Assembly: GCA_964635715.1 (NCBI GenBank)
Contig: CAZWNZ010000001.1
Coordinates: 74,358 to 138,357 of the forward strand
Reading direction: 5' to 3'
DNA length: 64,000 bases
DNA from: an uncultured Gammaproteobacteria bacterium
GTDB taxonomy: Bacteria; Patescibacteriota; Microgenomatia; UBA8517
The notes below the pieces were generated by a model. It saw only the letters and a program-made list of their open reading frames with translations. It did not search any database and was not told where the DNA came from. Below, one piece after another: positions 27,404 through 35,392 of this stretch. The stretch's first letter is position 1. Every line of letters begins with the position of its first letter. The translations under genes and the position numbers were made by a program.

Positions 27404-29185
27404 ATGACAAGATATTTTAAAAAAATAGGTTCCTACTTTAAGAAAAACGAAAGAGTGTTTGAACACTTTCTTTTGTCCCTAGGTGTTCTGGTCTTAATAC
27501 TTTTTGCATGTCTTGCTTCATATTTTATTTCTTATTCAGGAAAGATTTACCCAAATATCTATATCAGCGGAATAAGTATTTCCGGCAATAATTATGAAGG
27601 CGCCACCTCAATCATTACAGAAAAAATTTCCATACTTAATGAACTAAATCTCATGTATCAAGATCGAAAATTTCCAATTAAATTAATCGACATTGGTTTT
27701 TCTTATAACCTACCTGAATCTATCAATCTTGCTTATAATTATGCCAGGACCGGAAACTTCTTATACGATTTAAAAACGCGGATTTCACTTTTATTCTCAA
27801 AACAAAATCTTAATTTAAAATATAACCTGAATGAGGATGAACTGAAAAAATCAATCGCTTTTATTTCAGAGGATATTTCTGAGGAAGCGTTAGAACCATC
27901 CATTACTATTAACGGCGAGGATATTGTAGTCAGTAAAGGCAGTGTGGGTAAAGAGGTCGACCAAAGTTTATTGATAGAAATTATTAAAGAGAACTTGGCT
28001 TTAAACAACCAAAATGACATAACAATCCCGGTCAAGATAATTGACCCCACATTAACCCCCGATCAAGAAACCGCATATGTCGCACGCGCATCCAAATATT
28101 TGGGTAAGGAAATTAATATTACTTTTGAATATAACACTTATAATTTCAAGGGTCCCGAAATTATTCAACTGCTGGACCCTTCCTCCGGTTATCGCAATAA
28201 AAACATCTCTGATCTTATTAATAATATAGCGGCTTCGGTTGAAAGAGATCCTCAAAATTCCAAATTTAATTTTGCAGGTGGAAAAGTAGTTGAATTTCAA
28301 GCATCTCTCGATGGAATATCTGTAAACGATCAGGAATTTAAAAGTGTTTTGATTGAGAATTTGGAAAAATTGGCTGATTCTGACGAAAAATCAATAAATT
28401 TCAGCGTACCTGTTAATAAAACACCACCCCAGATTACAACCGATGAAGTTAATAATTTGGGAATTGAAAAACTTATCGGTAGAGGTTCTTCTACTTATTA
28501 TCATTCGATAACTTCCCGTGTCCACAATGTTGCCCTTGCCGCTTCCCGTATTAACGGGACATTAGTAAAACCAGGTGAAACATTTTCCTTTAACCAAGCC
28601 TTAGGTGAAGTATCTGGAGCTACAGGGTATCAACAGGCTTATATTATTAGTGAAGGTAGAACAATTCTCGGTGACGGAGGTGGAGTTTGCCAGGTTTCAA
28701 CAACATTATTTAGAGCACTACTTGATGCAGGACTTACAATAACTGAAAGACAATCTCATGCATACCGCGTGAGTTATTATGAACAAGATTCTCCGCCAGG
28801 GTTGGATGCAACAGTATACAGCCCATCTCCGGATCTAAAATTTATAAACGACACGCCTGGCCATATTTTAATTCAAGCCATAGCCGATACCAAAAACTAT
28901 TCTTTAGTGTTCGAACTTTACGGAACAGATGACGGTAGAATTTCAACAGTTTCAAAGCCTATTGTTTCCAATGTTTCTTCTCCACCGGAGGACTTGTATC
29001 AAGATGACCCAACTCTGCCGGCAGGAACAATCAAACAAATTGACTGGAAGGCCTGGGGAGCAAAGGTTACATTTAATTACAAGGTAACCAAAAACGGCAA
29101 AGAAATAATAAATAAGACTTTTATCAGCAATTACAAACCCTGGCAGGCAATCTATTTGAAAGGCACTGGGCCGATAGTCCAGTAA
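27404..29185 (+). CDS. VanW-domain protein with N-terminal TM anchor
   Basis: GGGVCQVSTTLFRALLDAGLTITERQSHAYRVSYY is a VanW-domain signature. Confidence 0.7.
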   Translation: MTRYFKKIGSYFKKNERVFEHFLLSLGVLVLILFACLASYFISYSGKIYPNIYISGISISGNNYEGATSIITEKISILNELNLMYQDRKFPIKLIDIGFSYNLPESINLAYNYARTGNFLYDLKTRISLLFSKQNLNLKYNLNEDELKKSIAFISEDISEEALEPSITINGEDIVVSKGSVGKEVDQSLLIEIIKENLALNNQNDITIPVKIIDPTLTPDQETAYVARASKYLGKEINITFEYNTYNFKGPEIIQLLDPSSGYRNKNISDLINNIAASVERDPQNSKFNFAGGKVVEFQASLDGISVNDQEFKSVLIENLEKLADSDEKSINFSVPVNKTPPQITTDEVNNLGIEKLIGRGSSTYYHSITSRVHNVALAASRINGTLVKPGETFSFNQALGEVSGATGYQQAYIISEGRTILGDGGGVCQVSTTLFRALLDAGLTITERQSHAYRVSYYEQDSPPGLDATVYSPSPDLKFINDTPGHILIQAIADTKNYSLVFELYGTDDGRISTVSKPIVSNVSSPPEDLYQDDPTLPAGTIKQIDWKAWGAKVTFNYKVTKNGKEIINKTFISNYKPWQAIYLKGTGPIVQ

Positions 29186-29194
29186 TATTAGTAA

Positions 29195-30286
29195 GTGATC
29201 GGCCAAATGTCGTATAATAGCTTCATGAAAATAATAAAATGTGACGAAAGCTCGGTCAAAATCGCCGTTGATGTTTTGAAATCAGGAGGTTTAATAATTT
29301 ATCCTACCGAAACACTTTATGGAATTGGGGCTGATGCAACAAACCCAGATGCCATTAAAAAACTTACAGAGTATAAAAATAGGCCATTTGGAAAACCGTA
29401 TTCTATTGCTGTTGCTAATAAAAAAATGGCAGAAAAATATGCAGAGATTAATAACACTGCTAAGAGTTTGTATGAAAATTTTTTGCCCGGTCCTTTGACA
29501 ATTATATCGAGAGGAAAGCACACACTTGCGCCGGGAATTGAAAGTGAAGATAAAACTTTGGGAATAAGGATCCCTGACTACAAGCTGGTATTGGAAATTA
29601 TAAAAGCATTTGGAAAACCGATAACCTCCACATCAGCTAATGCCAGCTACAAAAAGCGCCCATATAAAATTTCTGACGTCCTGGAAAATATTAGTGACAA
29701 ACAAAAAAAACTGATAGATCTTATCATCGATAATGGTGAGCTTCCTCATAACGAACCGTCAACTGTTGTTGATACAACACTTGACGATCCGGTTATACTT
29801 CGTCAAGGGAAAATTAAGTTTAATAAAAAGAATCAGATTCTTTCCAAAAATGAAGAAACGACGCAAAACTTGGCTAAAGAAATTTGGCAAAAGTACGAAG
29901 CACACAAAGGTCGTCGTGCAATTGTTTTTGCTTTGGAGGGTGAAATGGGGGTCGGCAAAACTCAATTTACCAAAGGTTTGGCACGCTCCATGGGGATTGA
30001 AGATTTGGTGACCTCCCCCACTTTTGCTTTAGAAAACGAATACAAAATACCAAACACCAAATATAAATTGTACCATTTTGATGCGTGGAGGCTTGAAAAC
30101 TCAGAGGAAATGAAGGCTTTAGGCTTTGAGGATTTAATCAAAAATAAATCCGTTGTTTCGATTGAGTGGGCTGAAAAAGTTGCCGATTTGATTCGTGAAT
30201 TTGACGATGAGGCGATAATTATTTGGATAAACATAAGGTTCGGGGATATGGAAAATGACAGAATAATCTCATGGGGAAATATATGA
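29195..30286 (+). CDS. Fusion of threonylcarbamoyl-AMP synthase (TsaC/YrdC) and P-loop TsaE
   Basis: N-terminal YrdC fold (LIIYPTETLYGIGADATNPDAIKKL); C-terminal TsaE (ALEGEMGVGKTQFTKGLA...SPTFALENEY...YHFDAWRLE). Confidence 0.75.
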   Translation: MIGQMSYNSFMKIIKCDESSVKIAVDVLKSGGLIIYPTETLYGIGADATNPDAIKKLTEYKNRPFGKPYSIAVANKKMAEKYAEINNTAKSLYENFLPGPLTIISRGKHTLAPGIESEDKTLGIRIPDYKLVLEIIKAFGKPITSTSANASYKKRPYKISDVLENISDKQKKLIDLIIDNGELPHNEPSTVVDTTLDDPVILRQGKIKFNKKNQILSKNEETTQNLAKEIWQKYEAHKGRRAIVFALEGEMGVGKTQFTKGLARSMGIEDLVTSPTFALENEYKIPNTKYKLYHFDAWRLENSEEMKALGFEDLIKNKSVVSIEWAEKVADLIREFDDEAIIIWINIRFGDMENDRIISWGNI

Positions 30287-30292
30287 AAGTTA

Positions 30293-30320
30293 ACTCAAAT
30301 ATCAAATCTCAAAACTCAAA
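30293..30320. repeat. Heptamer tandem array (AACTCAA/ATATCAA/ATCTCAA units) between the TsaCE stop and the canonical tsaD start
   Basis: aactcaaatatcaaatctcaaaactcaa. Confidence 0.5.
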
Positions 30321-30327
30321 GCTGACA

Positions 30328-31368
30328 ATGTTGGCGATAGATACCAGCTGCGACGAAACTTCCGCTGCTGTAACTGAAGGTACAGCAATTCTTTCAAATG
30401 TTATTTGGTCACAAGCTTCTGCACACGCAAAATTTGGCGGAGTTATGCCGTCCCTTGCTAAAAGAATGCATGAAGAAAGAATTAATTTCGTTGTTGAAAA
30501 GGCCTTAAAAAAAGCATTCCCCAAATCCCCATCTACCATCAACCATCTACTATCTACCAAAATTGATGCCATTGCCGTCACTGTCGGGCCCGGCCTTTCC
30601 ATAGCTTTAGGCGTTGGCATTAATAAAGCCAGGGAAATCGCCGAAAAATATAATAAAAAGCTTATTGCAGTAAATCATCTGGAGGCCCACTTATTCTCCC
30701 CATTCGCGAATTCTAAATTCGAAATTCTAAATTCTAAATTCCCAATGCTTGGCTTGGTAATTTCAGGCGGCAATACAATACTAGTTAAGATTAACAAAGT
30801 TGGGTCCTACAATATTCTTGCACAAACCACCGATGATGCTTTAGGGGAAGCTCTTGATAAAGCTGCTAGAATGCTCGGACTTGGCTATCCGGGAGGTGCA
30901 ATTTTGGAAAAGATGGCTAAGCTTGGAGATTCTAAAAAATATAACCTTCCTGTTCCTATTGTCGGTCAGGAAAAAAGAATGATTTTTACCTACTCCGGTA
31001 TTAAAACCTCTTTCTCGCGACTTGTTGAATCTGAAAAACCATTAACGAAAGGGGAAGTTGAAAATTTAGCAGCATCATTTCAAAATGTTGCCTTTAAACA
31101 TATCGAGCGCGTGCTACAGTATTACTTAATTCACAATTCTCTATTCAAAATTCAATATTTATTGGTCGGTGGCGGCGTTTCTGCCAATGTCGAAATTCGA
31201 AAAAGGTTGAGAAATCTATGTAAAAAATATTCAATAAATGTAGTATTTCCGACAAACAAAAAACTATATGGAGATAATGCAGCAATGATTGGAATAGCTG
31301 CTTATTTAAATCAAAATTTTGTAAAACTGGAGGAAATTGACCGGAAGCCTAACTTAAAATTAGCCTGA
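30328..31368 (+). CDS. tsaD: tRNA N6-adenosine threonylcarbamoyltransferase TsaD (Kae1/Gcp family)
   Basis: MLAIDTSCDETSAAV canonical N-terminus; the ORF could instead start at 30283 (ATGA overlap with TsaCE); carries the heptamer-encoded insert ANSKFEILNSKFP. Confidence 0.88.
   Translation: MLAIDTSCDETSAAVTEGTAILSNVIWSQASAHAKFGGVMPSLAKRMHEERINFVVEKALKKAFPKSPSTINHLLSTKIDAIAVTVGPGLSIALGVGINKAREIAEKYNKKLIAVNHLEAHLFSPFANSKFEILNSKFPMLGLVISGGNTILVKINKVGSYNILAQTTDDALGEALDKAARMLGLGYPGGAILEKMAKLGDSKKYNLPVPIVGQEKRMIFTYSGIKTSFSRLVESEKPLTKGEVENLAASFQNVAFKHIERVLQYYLIHNSLFKIQYLLVGGGVSANVEIRKRLRNLCKKYSINVVFPTNKKLYGDNAAMIGIAAYLNQNFVKLEEIDRKPNLKLA
30709..30743. repeat. Heptamer tandem array (AATTCTA/AATTCGA, 5 units) in-frame inside tsaD
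   Basis: aattctaaattcgaaattctaaattctaaattccc. Confidence 0.65.
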
Positions 31369-31402
31369 ATCGTGGTACAATGTGAGGCATATACATCTAA
31401 AT

Positions 31403-33469
31403 ATGGACAAAGCATACGAACATTCAAAATTTGAGACAAAAATATATGAAAAATGGGAAAAATCCGGCGCTTTTACTCCGAAAGTAGATAAAAAGAAAAA
31501 ACCATTCACCATTATCATGCCGCCCCCTAACGCTAATGATCCTCTACATATAGGTCATGCCAGATTTGTAGCAATTGAAGATGTTTTAATCCGCTACCAC
31601 AGAATGAAAGGTGAATCTACATTATGGCTACCCGGAGCAGATCATGCCGGTATTGAAACCCAGTATGTTTTTGAAAAAAAACTCAGAGACAAAGATCAAT
31701 CGAGGTTTGATTTTGATCGCAACACACTTTACAAAATGATTTGGGATTATGTGGAAGACAATACCGGACTTATGGAGAGCCAGTTGAGGAGACTTGGTGC
31801 ATCGTGTGATTGGACAAGATTTAAATTTACCCTTGATCCGGACATTGTTACCTTAGTTCAAAAAAGCTTTAAGAAACTTTTTGATGAAGGGCTTATTTAT
31901 CGTGGCAAAAGGTTGGTTAATTACTGTACTCACTGCGGAACTGCTTATTCAAATCTTGAAGTTGATTATGTTGAAAGGAAAGACCCTCTTTACTACATGA
32001 AGTATGGACCGTTTATCCTTGCGACAACGAGACCGGAAACAAAATTCGGCGATACGGCTGTTGCGGTCAACCCCAAAGACAAAAGGTATAAAGATTATGT
32101 AGGTCAGGAAATTACTGTTAAAGGTTTAATTGGAGATTTTAAAGTTAAGGTGATAGCCGACGACTTAGTTGACCCCGAATTTGGTACAGGTGTTGTTAAA
32201 GTTACCCCAGCGCACGATTTTAATGATTTTGAAATGGGAGAGCGCCACAATCTTGAGATTAAACAGGTAATTGACTTAGATGGAAAACTAAATGAGCTGA
32301 CAGGAAAATACAGAGGTCTTTATGTCAACCAAGCAAGAAAACAAGTTGTTGAAGATCTTGAAAAAGCCGGACAGATGGTGAAGGTAAACAATGACTACAA
32401 CCATGTGGTAGGAACATGTTACCGCTGCAAAAACACAATTGAGCCCATGCTTCTTGATCAATGGTTTTTGAAAGTCAAACCGATGGTTGATAAATCTATA
32501 ACCGCAATAAAAAAAGGTGATGTTAAATTTGCTGCTAAAAAGTACGAAAAAATTGCCAAAAACTGGTATAAAAACTTAAAGGATTGGAATATAAGTCGAC
32601 AGATTGTTTGGGGCATAAGAATACCGGCATATCGATGCGAAAAATGTCTTGAGTGGACTATCACTGAAGGAGAGGTTCCAACCACGTGCGATAGCTGTGG
32701 GCACAACAAACTTACTCAGGACACCGACACTTTTGATACCTGGTTTTCTTCAGGACAATGGCCGTACGCAACACTTAAAACTACCAAACCCGGAGATTTT
32801 GAGCACTTCTACCCCACATCTGTTATGGAAACTGCTTATGACATTCTCCCCTTCTGGGTTATAAGGATGATCATGTTTGGAGTTTATATGGAAGAAAAAG
32901 TTCCTTTTAATGAAGTATTAATCCATGGACTTGTACGGGATAAAAACGGCTTAAAGATCAGTAAATCAAAAGGTAATGTCATAGACCCAATTGAAATGGC
33001 CGACAAATACGGCGCGGACGCTCTTCGTATGGGTATTCTCTGGGGAGCACTTGTAGAAAATGATATTGCTCTTTCAGAGGAAAATATTAATGCACAAAAG
33101 AAATTCTGCAACAAAGTTTGGAATGCGGCTAGATTTGTCCAAGGTTTTGAAGGAACCAAATCAAATCCTAGTGTTATTAAAAGCTATGACATGTTTATGA
33201 AAACTTTAACTAGTGACGTAACAAAACTGCTCGATAAATTTAAACTTAATCAGGCAGCTGAAATTCTATACAAAAGATTCTGGAATAACTTTTGTGATAT
33301 GCGCATAGAGGATGCTAAAAAAGGCCTTCTATCAAAAACGGATCTAAAGAGAGGGCTTTTTATTTACTTGAAACTTCTCCATCCATTTATGCCCTTCGTG
33401 ACAGAACAGATTTGGGAAGAGTTGGGAGAAAATGAACTTCTAATTACCTCACCCTGGCCTGCCTCGTAA
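31403..33469 (+). CDS. valS: Valine--tRNA ligase (compact form lacking the long C-terminal coiled coil)
   Basis: IIMPPPNANDPLHIGHA (ValRS-type HIGH region), KISKSKGN (KMSKS); ORF opens at 31382. Confidence 0.7.
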   Translation: MDKAYEHSKFETKIYEKWEKSGAFTPKVDKKKKPFTIIMPPPNANDPLHIGHARFVAIEDVLIRYHRMKGESTLWLPGADHAGIETQYVFEKKLRDKDQSRFDFDRNTLYKMIWDYVEDNTGLMESQLRRLGASCDWTRFKFTLDPDIVTLVQKSFKKLFDEGLIYRGKRLVNYCTHCGTAYSNLEVDYVERKDPLYYMKYGPFILATTRPETKFGDTAVAVNPKDKRYKDYVGQEITVKGLIGDFKVKVIADDLVDPEFGTGVVKVTPAHDFNDFEMGERHNLEIKQVIDLDGKLNELTGKYRGLYVNQARKQVVEDLEKAGQMVKVNNDYNHVVGTCYRCKNTIEPMLLDQWFLKVKPMVDKSITAIKKGDVKFAAKKYEKIAKNWYKNLKDWNISRQIVWGIRIPAYRCEKCLEWTITEGEVPTTCDSCGHNKLTQDTDTFDTWFSSGQWPYATLKTTKPGDFEHFYPTSVMETAYDILPFWVIRMIMFGVYMEEKVPFNEVLIHGLVRDKNGLKISKSKGNVIDPIEMADKYGADALRMGILWGALVENDIALSEENINAQKKFCNKVWNAARFVQGFEGTKSNPSVIKSYDMFMKTLTSDVTKLLDKFKLNQAAEILYKRFWNNFCDMRIEDAKKGLLSKTDLKRGLFIYLKLLHPFMPFVTEQIWEELGENELLITSPWPAS

Positions 33470-33538
33470 AATCGCTCCTTGAACCGCATTTGAATAAAAT
33501 TGAAGAGGTAAAAGGAAAGATTTACTGGGGCCAAAAGA

Positions 33539-34426
33539 TTAAGGCTTAATTGTAGCGGAAGGAGAACTTGTAGAGCTTGCTTTGGGGCTCGCTGTAGCTG
33601 TTGCCTCAGTAAATTTAAAAGACTCATAAAAACTATCAAAATTACTGTCTACAATGGCCCCATTACTAATGGCGATTATTTTATTATCACTATTTATCAT
33701 TATTTGCTCAAGGACCCAAGTTGCTAAGGATGAGGTTGTAACAGTAACCTTTGTGGCAGGAAGACCACTAATGGTAATCTTTTCCTGTTGTACCTTTCTA
33801 TCAGTACCAAACTGTTTACCCATATCAGCAATAATTTGATCGGCAGTTTTATTGTTATAAATATTTATTACCCATTGGACATCTTCTCCAACACTTGAAG
33901 GACCAAAACCGATTGTGTCGGCAGAAGTTTCTGTCCCTACCAATCGCCAATCTGAGGGGTATCTGACTGAAAAGCCAACTGCAGTATTTGTATAAGTCTC
34001 CCAATTCGCAGTCGGATCTGCGGTCGGAGTCGCCGTTACTACTGCAACAGGTGACGGTGACGGAGTTGGAGTTGGCGTAGAAACGGCAAAATATTTTGTC
34101 CATAGCAGATAGCCGCCTGCGCCAAGAATCGTAAGTAACAATATTATTATTGCAACAACAATGAGAGGTGAGCTTTTCTTGGGAGCTTCATCTGTTGAAT
34201 TTTGTTCCATTGGTGGTGTGGGTGGTTGATCGGACGGTGGACTGGGTATTACCGAAGGGGCGGGAGTTTCCGGCATAGGGGGCTGAGGAGTTGGCTGCGT
34301 CATAGGTTCGGACGGCGAAATAACATTGGTTGTTTCTTCCAATGGAACTGATACCTGAACTTCAGGTTCACCAGGTTGATTAGAAGATATACTTTCCCCT
34401 TGTGGGACAGGCACATTTGGGTCCAT
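33539..34426 (-). CDS. Pro/Thr-rich membrane-anchored hypothetical protein
   Basis: Pro-rich N-terminus, single TM (LIVVAIIILLLTILGAGGYLLW), C-terminal globular domain of unknown function. Confidence 0.4.
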   Translation of the reverse strand: MDPNVPVPQGESISSNQPGEPEVQVSVPLEETTNVISPSEPMTQPTPQPPMPETPAPSVIPSPPSDQPPTPPMEQNSTDEAPKKSSPLIVVAIIILLLTILGAGGYLLWTKYFAVSTPTPTPSPSPVAVVTATPTADPTANWETYTNTAVGFSVRYPSDWRLVGTETSADTIGFGPSSVGEDVQWVINIYNNKTADQIIADMGKQFGTDRKVQQEKITISGLPATKVTVTTSSLATWVLEQIMINSDNKIIAISNGAIVDSNFDSFYESFKFTEATATASPKASSTSSPSATIKP

Positions 34427-34441
34427 ACTTTAGACTAACAC

Positions 34442-34708
34442 ATGGATAACCGTATGGTCAATAAAGACATTAACCATTTGATTTTTATAGTCGGTGTTTT
34501 CGTCTTACTTCTTTTAAGTCTGGTTAATATCAAAACCGTTTTCTCTAAGAAAGAGGTTTTGGGACTGGAAACCCAAATTCAATCTGACGACAAATTTTGG
34601 AATGATTTTTTAATAAAAAACCCAAATTACTTACCAGGCTGGGTCGAATTGGGTAAAGCAGACGTCGCTTCAAAGATTGATCCTAATTACTGGGGCTTGG
34701 AACACTAA
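34442..34708 (+). CDS. Small membrane-anchored hypothetical protein
   Basis: 88 aa with an N-terminal TM helix. Confidence 0.3.
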   Translation: MDNRMVNKDINHLIFIVGVFVLLLLSLVNIKTVFSKKEVLGLETQIQSDDKFWNDFLIKNPNYLPGWVELGKADVASKIDPNYWGLEH

Positions 34709-34710
34709 TA

Positions 34711-35391
34711 TTATTCTTTTGAAGATTCTTCAGTAGGTGTCGCACCCTCAGCAGGAACTTCTCCCTCAGTAGGTGTCGCACCCTCAGCAGGAACTTCTCC
34801 CTCAGTGGGAGCCGGGGCTTCTACAACTTCCTCTTTTTGAGGAGGTTCTACTTTAGCAAGAATCGCTTCCAGATCGCTTTTAATTTCAACCTTTGACTTA
34901 TCATAGTTGAGATCCTTTACGAAAACTGACTGATCAACCTCTGCAAGTGCGCTTACGTCTATTTCAAATTTTTCAGGAAGATCGCCGGGCAATGCCTCCA
35001 CCTTAATTTCATTAAGATATTGGACAACTGTTCCGAGGGCTTGTTTCTCCGCGGGTGATTCGCCTGATAGCTCAACAGGAATATCCGCTTCAACTTTCTC
35101 CTTAAGGTCAACCTGCAAAAAGTCAACATGGACAGGCGCATCTGTGATTGGGTTGTATTGAAGATTGTGAATTAAAACTGGCTTTTCCTCATTTTCCACA
35201 ACAAGCGTTAAAAGACCGGTCTCACCTATTTCCTTGAATATTTTTTCAAAATCTTTAAGGTTAACCTGAACCGATTGAGATTTAACTTTTTTTCCATAAA
35301 CATTGCCAGGAAGAATTCCTTCCTTGCGAAGGTTTTTTACTTTCCTACCCTCCAATGTCCTTTTGTCTGCTTTTAATATCGTTTTTGCCAT
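34711..35391 (-). CDS. rplY: 50S ribosomal protein L25 / general stress protein Ctc with acidic repetitive C-terminal tail
   Basis: MAKTILKADKRTLEGRKVKNLRKEGILPGNVYGK; tail contains tandem EGEVPAEGATPTEGEVPAEGATPTE. Confidence 0.8.
   Translation of the reverse strand: MAKTILKADKRTLEGRKVKNLRKEGILPGNVYGKKVKSQSVQVNLKDFEKIFKEIGETGLLTLVVENEEKPVLIHNLQYNPITDAPVHVDFLQVDLKEKVEADIPVELSGESPAEKQALGTVVQYLNEIKVEALPGDLPEKFEIDVSALAEVDQSVFVKDLNYDKSKVEIKSDLEAILAKVEPPQKEEVVEAPAPTEGEVPAEGATPTEGEVPAEGATPTEESSKE
34736..34808. repeat. Tandem ~36-nt direct duplication inside the rplY 3' tail
   Basis: aggtgtcgcaccctcagcaggaacttctccctcagt repeated twice. Confidence 0.7.
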
Positions 35392-35392
35392 T

